A stretch of 64,000 bases of DNA from Candidatus Omnitrophota bacterium (lineage in GTDB: Bacteria; Omnitrophota; Gorgyraeia; JAHJTE01): the NCBI GenBank assembly GCA_020058285.1, contig JAGVEL010000017.1, positions 2,027 to 66,026 of the forward strand. The letters run 5' to 3'. The notes beneath the pieces were generated by a model. The model saw only the letters and a list, made by a program, of their open reading frames with translations. It was not told the DNA's origin and ran no database searches. The translations under genes and the position numbers were made by a program. Every line of letters begins with the position of its first letter. The stretch's first letter is position 1. Shown here piece by piece: positions 9,181 through 18,015 of this stretch.

Positions 9181-9420
9181 CAAAGGCTGCAAAAAAATAA
9201 CGCAGTCCTGCCTACGGCAGAGAAGGATACGCCTCTTTGTTTATACTGTCCAGCGGGTGACTTGGCTTGATTCGAGCAGCATCTTGAAAATTCGAGCGGG
9301 CATGGTTCGCCTGCTAATACAGTTTGCGAGAGCAAGAATTTTCACGAAGCGCAGTCCCGCCTCGCTGGGGCGGAACAAGCGGTTCTGCGAGAACAAGACA
9401 AGACAGGACCCGCTGCCCAA
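9181..9420. ncRNA. GC-rich (about 50% vs about 37% background) non-coding island with paired hairpins and short direct repeats; candidate sRNA or structured regulatory element
   Basis: No ORF is present. It has two CGCAGTCC-YGCC-loop-GGCRG hairpins (9203-9225 and 9349-9375). It also has ATTCGAGC x2 and TGCGAGARCAAGA x2 repeats. On the minus strand it ends in a hairpin plus a T-run (plus coordinates about 9199-9225). Confidence 0.3.
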
Positions 9421-9466
9421 TAGAATTCACACATAACTGAGTATACTATCCTAAGGAAATTACAAA

Positions 9467-9494
9467 TTGACACTTTTCTAAAACCGTGTTAAAT
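9467..9494 (+). promoter_or_regulatory. Sigma70-type promoter for the Cys-rich secreted gene pair (-35 TTGACA, 16-nt spacer, -10 TTAAAT)
   Basis: The reading ttgacacttttctaaaaccgtgttaaat is followed by the RBS aaggagg (9511-9517) and a GTG start at 9524. Confidence 0.6.
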
Positions 9495-9523
9495 TAATTT
9501 AATAAGCCTTAAGGAGGTGTGCT

Positions 9524-10057
9524 GTGATTAAAAAAACAATAGTAGTAATGCTCTTTATTTTGTCTGGTTTTATTTGTTTTAATCTATGCAGTTTTGCCCA
9601 AACTACAGAACAACTTGATATTACTACTTATTACCCCAGTCCGACCGGGGTATACCAACAGCTGCGGCTTTTCCCTACAAATGTTGCTCCTGCCTGCAAT
9701 GCTAATAACGAAGGTGCGCTTTATTATAACACGAGTAAAACTCTGTTCGTATGTGATGGGACTAGCTGGCAAAAAACATATCCTGCTGACATTCCCTCTA
9801 AGACACCAGCTGGCTGGCTTCCAATAGTAACAAATTTAACTGACCCATTGGTAAATCCAGGTACAACATGCAATTTCAGTGGATACGTTGTTTGCCCGGA
9901 TGCTGGACGCATGTGTGAAGATACTGAAACTCCTCCAGGTAAATATCCTAACTTTCAATGGTGTACTGCTCATCCCGTGGACTCCTGGAAATGTAGTACT
10001 ACATCAGGACATTGTGTCGCTGATGCGCCTGGAAGAGTCCATTGTTGCACCCCATAA
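9524..10057 (+). CDS. Secreted cysteine-rich protein, paralog A
   Basis: 177 aa with a signal peptide. The mature N-terminus AQTTEQLDITTYYPSPTGVYQQLRLFP is shared with paralog B. There are 10 or more Cys in the C-terminal half. A good SD is present. Confidence 0.7.
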   Translation: MIKKTIVVMLFILSGFICFNLCSFAQTTEQLDITTYYPSPTGVYQQLRLFPTNVAPACNANNEGALYYNTSKTLFVCDGTSWQKTYPADIPSKTPAGWLPIVTNLTDPLVNPGTTCNFSGYVVCPDAGRMCEDTETPPGKYPNFQWCTAHPVDSWKCSTTSGHCVADAPGRVHCCTP

Positions 10058-10083
10058 ATATATTAATAACTAAGGAGAATACG

Positions 10084-10605
10084 ATGCATAACAACAAAAC
10101 AATTTTTATAGCATTAATTGTTTTTCTTGCAGTAGCGATGTTTAATCTACCCTGCTTTGCCCAAACTACAGAACAACTTGATATTACTACTTATTACCCC
10201 AGTCCGACCGGGGTTTATCAGCAATTGCGGCTTTTCCCTAAAGATTTTGATACTACTGCTATTTGCAATGGGAAGGAAGGAACTCTAGCTTTTCACGCTA
10301 CGGACAATGCCTTATACGTTTGCGATGGCACTGGTCAATGGAAAAGAGTAGACAGGCCAACAGCCTTACAGCCAGCAGGCTGGATTACTGTTGCTACAGG
10401 TCTCGGCGACCCACTAGTTCATCCCACCACTAATTGTACCTTGAATAGTTTAATCAGTTGCCCTGATAGTGGGGGGTTTAATTGCCAGGATTCGGATGGT
10501 GTTCGAGCTGCTTCCTTCCATTGGTGGCTCGCAGTTAGCAAATGGTATTGTGCTGGCGGCTCTGCTGTTCAACTAACCGACGTACATTGCTGTTTTCCGC
10601 CTTAA
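10084..10605 (+). CDS. Secreted cysteine-rich protein, paralog B
   Basis: The start is placed at MHNNKTIFIALIV... with SD aaggaga rather than the upstream ATG of the ORF track. It has the same 27-aa conserved mature N-terminus as paralog A and a divergent Cys-rich C-terminus. Confidence 0.65.
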   Translation: MHNNKTIFIALIVFLAVAMFNLPCFAQTTEQLDITTYYPSPTGVYQQLRLFPKDFDTTAICNGKEGTLAFHATDNALYVCDGTGQWKRVDRPTALQPAGWITVATGLGDPLVHPTTNCTLNSLISCPDSGGFNCQDSDGVRAASFHWWLAVSKWYCAGGSAVQLTDVHCCFPP

Positions 10606-10622
10606 TTATAAGATTTGCGCAC

Positions 10623-10685
10623 TGCAAGCTTTAACACAAACTCCGCAAATATACTGGCTTACCAAACCTTGCTTTTGAAATTCTT
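10623..10685. repeat. Direct repeat copy 1 (about 64 bp, about 92% identical to 11262-11324); a pseudo-3'-end of the 4Fe-4S gene, candidate att site
   Basis: Copy 1: tgcaagctttaacacaaactccgcaaatatactggcttaccaaaccttgcttttgaaattctt. Copy 2: tgcaagctttaacacataccccacaaatatactggcttaccacgccttgcttttgaaattctt. Confidence 0.8.
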
Positions 10686-10688
10686 TAT

Positions 10689-10925
10689 CTACCCTTTTGA
10701 ATATGCCATGGCATAGCGGTCAACTAGCTCACGAATCATTCTTTGATATTTAGTGTGGTGACGTTGCGCTTGATGTTTAAAAAATTCAATGCTTGATTTT
10801 TTTAAGGATATGGTAATTTTTTTACTCTCCCCCGGAATAGCCAACTCTGCTGGCGATGGAAGGAAATCTTTAACTCTAACTAATGTGCCGATAGGCATTT
10901 CTGAATTAATCGTCTTTTTTTTCAT
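10689..10925 (-). CDS. brnA: BrnA antitoxin (RHH/CopG-like, type II toxin-antitoxin)
   Basis: The C-terminus KITISLKKSSIEFFKHQAQRHHTKYQRMIRELVDRYAMAY is BrnA-like. The start is placed at the internal ATG preceded by a perfect SD aagggagg. It overlaps the brnT stop by 20 nt. Confidence 0.7.
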   Translation of the reverse strand: MKKKTINSEMPIGTLVRVKDFLPSPAELAIPGESKKITISLKKSSIEFFKHQAQRHHTKYQRMIRELVDRYAMAYSKG

Positions 10926-11193
10926 AATATTGCCTCCCTTTTCTCCAATTCCCTGCGCCGAATATTCTAATTTTTTTTCCACGATAAGTAAATCTAACAG
11001 TTAAAATTTTCCCTTCGACTTTTCCAATGCAGAAAAACCTCTGTTCTTTTTTAGTATGTTTTGAGTCAATAAAAATTTTTCTATTAGCATCGCTAAAAAC
11101 TTTTGCAGCCGTAGTGAAATCAACGTTGTGTTTACGAATATTAGTCCGCTCTTTAGCCGCATTCCAAACAAAACTTCCCAGCGCCCTATCCAT
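10906..11193 (-). CDS. brnT: BrnT toxin (DUF497 / RelE-fold ribonuclease)
   Basis: 95 aa: FVWNAAKERTNIRKHNVDFTTAAKVFSD...IGKVEGKILTVRFTYRGKKIRIFGAGNWRKGRQYYEK matches the BrnT family pattern (W..K...N..KHG..F....F.D......R...G......V.YT.R...IRIISAR). Confidence 0.75.
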   Translation of the reverse strand: MDRALGSFVWNAAKERTNIRKHNVDFTTAAKVFSDANRKIFIDSKHTKKEQRFFCIGKVEGKILTVRFTYRGKKIRIFGAGNWRKGRQYYEKKDD

Positions 11194-11250
11194 GATAGAA
11201 ATATAACATATATATTGCTAATTGTCAATATAATTATACATATAATGCTA

Positions 11251-11925
11251 CTAACTGCCGTTGCAAGCTTTAACACATACCCCACAAATATACTGGCTTA
11301 CCACGCCTTGCTTTTGAAATTCTTTTAATTTTTCAAAACACCTCTGGTGGTCAAAGTCTTTTTTATCTTGCTTAATCGCTTCCACAGGGCAAGCCTTAAT
11401 ACAAGCAAAGCAGCTCCCGCAAGAAATTTTGTCCGGCAAATCTCGCTTTAGCGGCATATCCGTAAGAATTGTCGTTAATCTAAATCTTGCTCCTAAGTTT
11501 TTATTAACCAACAAATTATTTCTGCCAATCCATCCTAAACCAGCAAGATAACCAATCCGCTTATGCGATAAATGCGCCCTCTGTTTTTCCCAGTCAACAA
11601 TTTGCGATGCGGGTATAGGTAAAGCGCAAAAACCCTTGCTTTCAATAAAATTTGAAAGCCTAAAACTAAGCTGGTCAAGAAACATATTCGCGCTACGATA
11701 ATGATGAAAATAAATTTTATTCGGCGCTTCTTCAAGCGTTTTAAATATGCCTGAACTTAAAGTCACGGCAATTACTACTGCGCTATTTAAAGTCTCTATT
11801 GATTTTCCGGGCAAATTAAAATTCTCTTTTTCTTCTAATATATCCGCAACGCCAAATAAATTTGCGCCTAAAAGCAATGCCTGATTCTTTAACAGGTTAT
11901 AATTTTTAATCTTTTCTTTCGTCAT
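11251..11925 (-). CDS. 4Fe-4S ferredoxin-domain protein, QueG/DUF1730-like (possible short epoxyqueuosine reductase homolog)
   Basis: 224 aa with a C-terminal CGSCFACIKACP Fe-S motif. Its last approximately 24 codons are encoded by direct-repeat copy 2. Confidence 0.5.
   Translation of the reverse strand: MTKEKIKNYNLLKNQALLLGANLFGVADILEEKENFNLPGKSIETLNSAVVIAVTLSSGIFKTLEEAPNKIYFHHYRSANMFLDQLSFRLSNFIESKGFCALPIPASQIVDWEKQRAHLSHKRIGYLAGLGWIGRNNLLVNKNLGARFRLTTILTDMPLKRDLPDKISCGSCFACIKACPVEAIKQDKKDFDHQRCFEKLKEFQKQGVVSQYICGVCVKACNGS
11262..11324. repeat. Direct repeat copy 2 (forms the functional 3' end of the 4Fe-4S gene)
   Basis: See copy 1. Differences between the copies are mostly synonymous in the coding frame (EFQKQGVVSQYICGVCVKAC vs EFQKQGLVSQYICGVCVKAC). 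Confidence 0.8.
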
Positions 11926-11970
11926 TTTGCAAATTTATTTTTTATTTTACAAACTACCAACTACAAACTA

Positions 11971-13845
11971 CTAATTACTAACTGCCTGCTTTCTGTCTTT
12001 TTCAAGCCAGGTCATTAAAATCGAAATGCTCGCCGGAGTAACTCCGCATATCCGCCAGGCACTGGCTAAAGTCAAGGGTTTAAATTTCTCAAGCTTTTCC
12101 TTAATCTCGCGCGATAATCCAGGTATATCTGAAAAATTAATATCCTTAGAGAGTTTGATCTTTTCTAAATGCCGGAATTTATCAATCTCCTCTTGCTGGC
12201 GCTTAATAAACGGCGCATATTTTATTTGACTATTGATTGCCTGAGCTAAATTGTCCGGTAAGGAAACCTGCTCGCTAAAAACGTTTAATTGTTCATAATT
12301 AATTTCCGGCCTTTGTAATAACTCTTCTAAGCTAATAGCTCTTTTTATCGGACTGCTTTTAAAAATTTTGAGAATTGCGTTGGTCTTTTCGTCAGGTTTA
12401 AGCTTAATTTTCTTTAAGCGGCTCAGTTCTGAGTCAATAATTCTTTTCTTTTCTAGAGTGGTTTCATAATCCTGTTTACTCACTAACCCCAGGGAAAAAC
12501 CAAGTTTGCCTAATCTCAAATCCGCATTATCCTCACGTAAAAGCAAACGATATTCAACGCGGGAGGTAAACATCCGGTATGGCTCATCAGTGCCCTTGGT
12601 TACCAAATCATCAATCAATACTCCGATATAGCTTGATGAGCGGTCTAAAATAAACGCTGCTCTTTTTGTTAGCTTCAGGCTGGCATTAATCCCTCCGATT
12701 AAACCTAGGCTTGCTGCTTCCTCATATCCGGTTGTACCATTAAGTTGTCCGGTCACAAAGAGATTCTCAATTAATTTTGTCTCTAAGGTTGGCTTTAGCT
12801 GTGTTGGGTCTATCATATCATGCTCAATGCCATAGCCCGGTCTGACAAATGCAGCATTTTCTAAGCCGTTTATTGACTGGATTATTTTTAGCTGCACATC
12901 CTCAGGAAGACTGGTAGATAGCCCGTTGGGATAATACTCAATAGGTTCTTGTGTCTCCGGCTCTAAGAATATTTGATGCCGGCGATGAAGAGGAAATTTA
13001 ACTATTTTATCTTCCACAGACGGACAATACCTGACCCCGCAGGCTTTGATTTTGCCTGTATAAAGCGGTGAAAGATTCAAAGAATCTCTTATTATTTTAT
13101 GAGTTTTATCATTCGTATAAGTTATAAAACAAGGAAGCTGTTTTAATCTACTTGGGTTACCATTAAATGAAAAAGCTGTTGGCTTGATATCCGGGGATTG
13201 ACTCTCTAATTTAGAAAAATCTATTGAAGAAGCCTTAATCCTGGCGCATGTTCCGGTTTTAAACCTCTTAACCTTAAAACCCAATTTAATTAAATTCTTT
13301 GATAAATTTATTGAGGCTGGCTCGTTAATCCTGCCTGCAGGAAAACTCTTCAGGCCGATATGGATAAGGCCGTTTAAAAAAGTACCACAGGCTAAAATTA
13401 CTGCTTTTGAATGAATATCTGCGTTTGCCAAAGTCCTAACGCCGACAGCCTTATTAGCCTTAGTCAGAATTTTAAGTACCTCGTCTTCTAAAATAGATAA
13501 GCCGGAAAGATTACTTAAAAAATCTATCATAAACTGGTTGTAAACTTTTCTATCAATCTGACAACGCGTAGACCAAACTGCCGGGCCTTTAGATAGATTT
13601 AGTGTACGATAACCAATTGCACAAGCGTCCGCTGCCTTAGCCATTAAACCACCCAGGGCATCAACTTCTTTAACCAGCTGGCCCTTGCCCACACCGCCGA
13701 TTGCCGGATTGCAACTCATCAAACCGATTGTCTCGCGTTTTAAGCAAATCAGCAAAGTTTTCAAACCCATCCGGCAGCAGGAAACGCTCGCCTCAATGCC
13801 CGCATGGCCTGCACCAACAACTATGATATCAAAATGGTCTTTCAT
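11971..13845 (-). CDS. mnmG: tRNA uridine 5-carboxymethylaminomethyl modification enzyme MnmG (GidA)
   Basis: 624 aa. MKDHFDIIVVGAGHAGIEAS is the FAD-binding motif. Family length and architecture match. Confidence 0.95.
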   Translation of the reverse strand: MKDHFDIIVVGAGHAGIEASVSCCRMGLKTLLICLKRETIGLMSCNPAIGGVGKGQLVKEVDALGGLMAKAADACAIGYRTLNLSKGPAVWSTRCQIDRKVYNQFMIDFLSNLSGLSILEDEVLKILTKANKAVGVRTLANADIHSKAVILACGTFLNGLIHIGLKSFPAGRINEPASINLSKNLIKLGFKVKRFKTGTCARIKASSIDFSKLESQSPDIKPTAFSFNGNPSRLKQLPCFITYTNDKTHKIIRDSLNLSPLYTGKIKACGVRYCPSVEDKIVKFPLHRRHQIFLEPETQEPIEYYPNGLSTSLPEDVQLKIIQSINGLENAAFVRPGYGIEHDMIDPTQLKPTLETKLIENLFVTGQLNGTTGYEEAASLGLIGGINASLKLTKRAAFILDRSSSYIGVLIDDLVTKGTDEPYRMFTSRVEYRLLLREDNADLRLGKLGFSLGLVSKQDYETTLEKKRIIDSELSRLKKIKLKPDEKTNAILKIFKSSPIKRAISLEELLQRPEINYEQLNVFSEQVSLPDNLAQAINSQIKYAPFIKRQQEEIDKFRHLEKIKLSKDINFSDIPGLSREIKEKLEKFKPLTLASAWRICGVTPASISILMTWLEKDRKQAVSN

Positions 13846-14003
13846 AACAATTTATATTATAACAGAAATTAGCTTCTGGGTAATCAGCAATAATAATTAA
13901 TGACAAATGACAAAATTCAAATGACAAAATAATTGTTTTGTTATTTGGTATTGGAGATTATTTTGAATTTTGTGCTTTGTTATTTTAATTTAATAAGGCG
14001 GGA

Positions 14004-15290
14004 TTATTCTCTTGCGTATTTTATCAACATACCCATCAGGTCTTTACCTAAGATGATGCCCAGGCTTCCTTCTGTGCAGCTTTTTTCTGAAAAACTTAAG
14101 GAGCCGTCGGGTTTGATCCCGAGGCCGGAAATTAATAACGGCACAGGATCTGCAGAGTGGGCCTTAATTAAGCAAACCGTGGAGTGATCCGCAGTCACGG
14201 CAATCAAGGTATCGGACAATAAATCCTTTTTCTTCAGGAGTTGCCCAAAAAAGAATTTATCAATTGCGCTAATCACTTCTTTTTTTGTTTTAAAATCTCC
14301 GTCGTGAGCCGGCTCATCCGGTCCTTTTATATGGATATAAAGTCCGTCAAATTCTTTAATTTTTTCTAAAGCAATCTTTGCCCAGACGCCAAAATCAACA
14401 TCATTGTGGCCAGTGTGCGACGGCACCTCAACGATTTCTAAGCCGGTTAACAGCGCAATACCCCGCTCCACCGGCATCTCAACAAACGAACCAAAGTTAA
14501 CTCCATACAATTCTTTTATTGTCGGAAACTTTGGTAATTTATCGCCAGCATCCCGGGAAAGAATTACGTTTGCCGGCGGTTTTTTTTCAGAGAGTCTTTT
14601 TTTATTAACTAGGGAATCCTGCAACACTTTATGTGATTTATGCGTAAATTCATTAATCAGCTTTGCTGCTTCCTGAGCTGCGCCTAAATCTAGCGCCTCA
14701 TTTAAAGCCTCTGCAGCCATAAGGCGCATTTCAAATTTCTCTTTAGCTATGCCAAATGCGCCTTGCTTTTCATAAGCCGGATCCGTATTGGTAATATCAG
14801 CACAAAGCCTGCCCCTTGCACTTCTTATTATAAGAATACCGCGGTGGCCAATAGTATTTTTGAATTCAAACGTAGCATTACTAAGAATAACTTTGGAATT
14901 AATTTCTTTGGCTAAGGCTGTTGCCTCTTCAGTAGACAAATTCCTTCCAACTCTGCGGTCTAAAATAGTCAGGCCGTCGTCAGCCACTGTAGCAAAATTC
15001 ACTCTGAATGCCAAATCTCCGTCATTAACCTTTAGGCCTTCGGCAAAAGACTCTAACGGCCCCCTTCCTGTATAGTATTTGTGAGCATCAAAGCCTAATA
15101 GGCTTATTACTGCAACATCAGACTCAGGAGCAATCCCCTCGCCTACGGTGTGCATTAGGCCGGTTACGCCCTGTTGAGCAAGTTTATCCATATTTGGGGT
15201 TAATGCTGCCTCGAGAGGAGTTTTATTCCCCAGCTCTTTTATCGGCTGATCTCCCAGGCCATCTAGAACTATGTATAGGATTTTTTTCAT
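14004..15290 (-). CDS. apgM: Cofactor-independent phosphoglycerate mutase, archaeal type (ApgM)
   Basis: 428 aa. MKKILYIVLDGLGDQP...TPNMD...ADHSTV are metalloenzyme (alkaline-phosphatase-fold) motifs typical of ApgM. Confidence 0.85.
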   Translation of the reverse strand: MKKILYIVLDGLGDQPIKELGNKTPLEAALTPNMDKLAQQGVTGLMHTVGEGIAPESDVAVISLLGFDAHKYYTGRGPLESFAEGLKVNDGDLAFRVNFATVADDGLTILDRRVGRNLSTEEATALAKEINSKVILSNATFEFKNTIGHRGILIIRSARGRLCADITNTDPAYEKQGAFGIAKEKFEMRLMAAEALNEALDLGAAQEAAKLINEFTHKSHKVLQDSLVNKKRLSEKKPPANVILSRDAGDKLPKFPTIKELYGVNFGSFVEMPVERGIALLTGLEIVEVPSHTGHNDVDFGVWAKIALEKIKEFDGLYIHIKGPDEPAHDGDFKTKKEVISAIDKFFFGQLLKKKDLLSDTLIAVTADHSTVCLIKAHSADPVPLLISGLGIKPDGSLSFSEKSCTEGSLGIILGKDLMGMLIKYARE

Positions 15291-15359
15291 ACCTTCTCAC
15301 ACAAAATCAAGTTTTAACCCCTTGCTTAAAACTTGCTAATATTTCTGTTAAGCTTCGGC

Positions 15360-15492
15360 CTTGCACAATTCGCACCCGCAAAGCGGGCAAGAATTGTTCA
15401 AGATTAGTCCTAATACAATCTTGGCTGTGCCAAGATTGTGTAGGAGATTAATTCCGGCAGACAATTTATGTTCATTACATTCCATAAATTGT
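15360..15492 (-). repeat. Structured intergenic repeat element, copy 1 (three hairpins; shares the conserved loop TTCATTACATTC and a GAGATTAATTCC box with the copies at 22857 and 33621)
   Basis: Hairpins cttgcacaattc..gaattgttcaag, acaatcttgg..ccaagattgt, and acaatttatg-ttcattacattc-cataaattgt lie immediately 3' of the nrdJ stop. Confidence 0.6.
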
Positions 15493-15499
15493 GCCGTCA

Positions 15500-17779
15500 T
15501 TAACACTTCGAATATCCACAGGAATGGCACTTGACGCAGCCTTCTTCGTGGCGTAAAGCACCGCCGCAATCAGGACAAACTCCGACGATGTTAGCGCTGT
15601 GCAGGCTATTTTCCACAACACTTTCTGCTTGAGCTAAAGTAGCCTCTGCTCCTGCGTTTTCCTCTATTGCATCCTTATCATTAACCAGGCGCTTCTCAAT
15701 AACCCGGGCAATAGCATCAGCACAAGAAAATATGCGCACACCCTTTTCCCAGGATGGCGACGGACATCTAATACCTCTTAATTGCTCAATGATTGATTTT
15801 AAGTCTAATTCAGAACGCAGAGACAAGGATACCAGGCGGCCAATTGCTTCAAGCTGGCTTGCTGCACACCCTCCGGCTTTGCCCATTTGAGTAAAAACTT
15901 CAAACGGCCTGCCTTGTTCATCGCAGTTTATCGTGACATAAAGATTGCCGCAGCCTGTTGCAACCTTTGTCGTCGTGCCGCATACAACCTCTGGCCTGGG
16001 CCGAGGCGTAATCTTTCCTTTTGGTATTGATATTTCCTTATCTTTTTCTGTTGATTTGCCTACATTTAAAACCTGTTCTTCGCGGCTGCCATCACGATAA
16101 ATCGTAACGCCTTTACATCCTAATTTAAAAGCTGACAAGTAAACTTGCCGCACATCATTCTCTGTAGCTGCTTTAGAAAAATTCACTGTTTTAGACACTG
16201 CGTTATCCGTATATTTTTGGAATGCAGCCTGCATCCGCGCATGCCAAATAGGCGAGATATCATGGGCAGTGACAAAAACCCTGCGCACATCCTCGGGGAT
16301 TTCTTTAATCTGGGCTAGCGAGTTCGTCTCAGCAACAGCCTCCATAAGTTTACGTGAATAAAAATTTCTTTCTTTAGCCACTTGTTCAAATATCGGATCA
16401 ACCTCAACCAGTTTATCATTATCCATAACGTTGCGATAATAAGAAATCGCAAATAACGGCTCTATCCCTGAAGAACATGGCCCGGCAATAATGCTAATCG
16501 TTCCCGTCGGAGCAATTGTAGTCAATGTCGCATTTCTCAAAGCTAAAGGAGGATTTAATTTAGCATATCTACTTTTATTAAACGCCGGAAAAGGCCCGCG
16601 TTTTTTGGCAATCTTCACAGAAGCCTTTTGCGATTCTTTTAAAATAAACGACATCAATTTTTCAGCTAAAATAAGCGCCTCTTCGCTATCATAAGGGATA
16701 TTTAATAAAAGAAGCAAGCTAGCCCAGCCCATTACTCCCAGGCCGATTTTCCTATTTCTCCGGGTATTTTCCTCAATCTGTTTAAGCGGGAATTTATTGA
16801 CATCAATTAGATTATCCAGGAAGTGTACGGCAAGATAAACTATCCTTTGTAACTTATCCCAATCTATCTCATATTTTAAATCCTGTTTCTTAACCATCTT
16901 ACAAAGATTAATTGAACCCAGGCAACAGCTTTCAAAAGGTAAAAGCGGCTGCTCACCGCAAGGGTTAGTGCTTTCAATCTCGCCCAGCTCCGGAGTAGGA
17001 TTATCTTTATTAACTCGGTCAATGAAGATAATTCCCGGCTCGCCGTTGTTATGAGCCATCTTCACAATCAAATCAAAGACCTCTTTTGTATTTAGTTCTC
17101 TGACTTTATTTTTTGTATGCGGGTCAATTAAATCGTAATTCTCGTTTTTTTCCAACCTTTTCATGAAATCATCAGTAACTGCTACGGAAATATTAAAATT
17201 GGATATTTGTTTGTCTTTGGCCTTACAGGTAATAAACTCCATTATATCCGGATGATCTACGCGTAATATCCCCATATTTGCCCCGCGCCGAGTACCGCCT
17301 TGTTTAACTGCCTCAGTTGCCGCGTCAAAAACCTTCATAAATGAAACCGGGCCTGAAGCTATGCCACCCGTAGAGCAAACCTGGCTATTTTTGGCTCGCA
17401 GCCGGGAAAAAGAAAAACCTGTACCTCCGCCGGTTTTATGAATGAGCGCTGTGGATTTTATCGCATCAAAAATACTCTCCATCGAATCATCAATCGGCAA
17501 AGTAAAACAAGCTGAGAGCTGGCCACCGGGTTTTCCTGCATTCATAAGACACGGGCTGTTGGGCATAAACTCTAGCTCAATCATCGCCTTATAAAAGCTC
17601 TCTGAAATTTGCTCAACTTCAAGATGGGTTGCTTTATAGAGTTTATCTGCGCTGGCTATCGCGCTGGCCACGCGCCTAAATAGCTGTTCCGGAGTCTCGA
17701 CAACCTTTCCTTCTGCATCTTTTTTAAGATAGCGCCTTTCCAAAACTTTTAAGGCATTTTCAGATAACTTAACGCTCAT
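15500..17779 (-). CDS. nrdJ: Class II (adenosylcobalamin-dependent) ribonucleotide reductase
   Basis: 759 aa. The N-terminus MSVKLSENALKVLERRYLKKD, the active-site region, and the C-terminal Cys cluster CPDCGGALRHEEGCVKCHSCGYSKC all fit NrdJ. Confidence 0.9.
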   Translation of the reverse strand: MSVKLSENALKVLERRYLKKDAEGKVVETPEQLFRRVASAIASADKLYKATHLEVEQISESFYKAMIELEFMPNSPCLMNAGKPGGQLSACFTLPIDDSMESIFDAIKSTALIHKTGGGTGFSFSRLRAKNSQVCSTGGIASGPVSFMKVFDAATEAVKQGGTRRGANMGILRVDHPDIMEFITCKAKDKQISNFNISVAVTDDFMKRLEKNENYDLIDPHTKNKVRELNTKEVFDLIVKMAHNNGEPGIIFIDRVNKDNPTPELGEIESTNPCGEQPLLPFESCCLGSINLCKMVKKQDLKYEIDWDKLQRIVYLAVHFLDNLIDVNKFPLKQIEENTRRNRKIGLGVMGWASLLLLLNIPYDSEEALILAEKLMSFILKESQKASVKIAKKRGPFPAFNKSRYAKLNPPLALRNATLTTIAPTGTISIIAGPCSSGIEPLFAISYYRNVMDNDKLVEVDPIFEQVAKERNFYSRKLMEAVAETNSLAQIKEIPEDVRRVFVTAHDISPIWHARMQAAFQKYTDNAVSKTVNFSKAATENDVRQVYLSAFKLGCKGVTIYRDGSREEQVLNVGKSTEKDKEISIPKGKITPRPRPEVVCGTTTKVATGCGNLYVTINCDEQGRPFEVFTQMGKAGGCAASQLEAIGRLVSLSLRSELDLKSIIEQLRGIRCPSPSWEKGVRIFSCADAIARVIEKRLVNDKDAIEENAGAEATLAQAESVVENSLHSANIVGVCPDCGGALRHEEGCVKCHSCGYSKC

Positions 17780-18015
17780 TTTACCACCCTTTTTTTAACG
17801 CTAAAACGCGAAAATTGGTTATTAAAATATTTATATCGCTAAACCACAAAGATTTTTTTGCGGCCTTAAGCGGTGTAATCTGTATTTTTTATTTGTATTT
17901 TTTGCGATTTTGCGGTGTAAAGAGTATAACTCTGATTTTTATGCCTGTCAAGGTAAAAATACTACATATAGTATGTGCTTAAAATTTAAACACAATAAGT
18001 GGTATTTACCCCGAC

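Noticed and set aside
10042-10083. The upstream start of Cys-rich paralog B (ORF-track start at 10042)
   Set aside because: The ATG at 10084 is preceded by a good SD (aaggaga) and yields a typical signal peptide. The extension overlaps paralog A's 3' end.
10789-11285. ORFs 10789..11004(+) and 11001..11285(-), which overlap the brnT/brnA cassette
   Set aside because: They overlap the BrnT/BrnA genes, which have clear family signatures and a strong SD. These ORFs have no homology signal.
17780-18015. A cobalamin riboswitch or canonical NrdR box upstream of nrdJ
   Set aside because: No B12-box (GCCACTG-like) was seen. The inverted repeat ACATA-TAG-TATGT matches the 16-bp NrdR palindrome only weakly. 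It is kept as a low-interest note.
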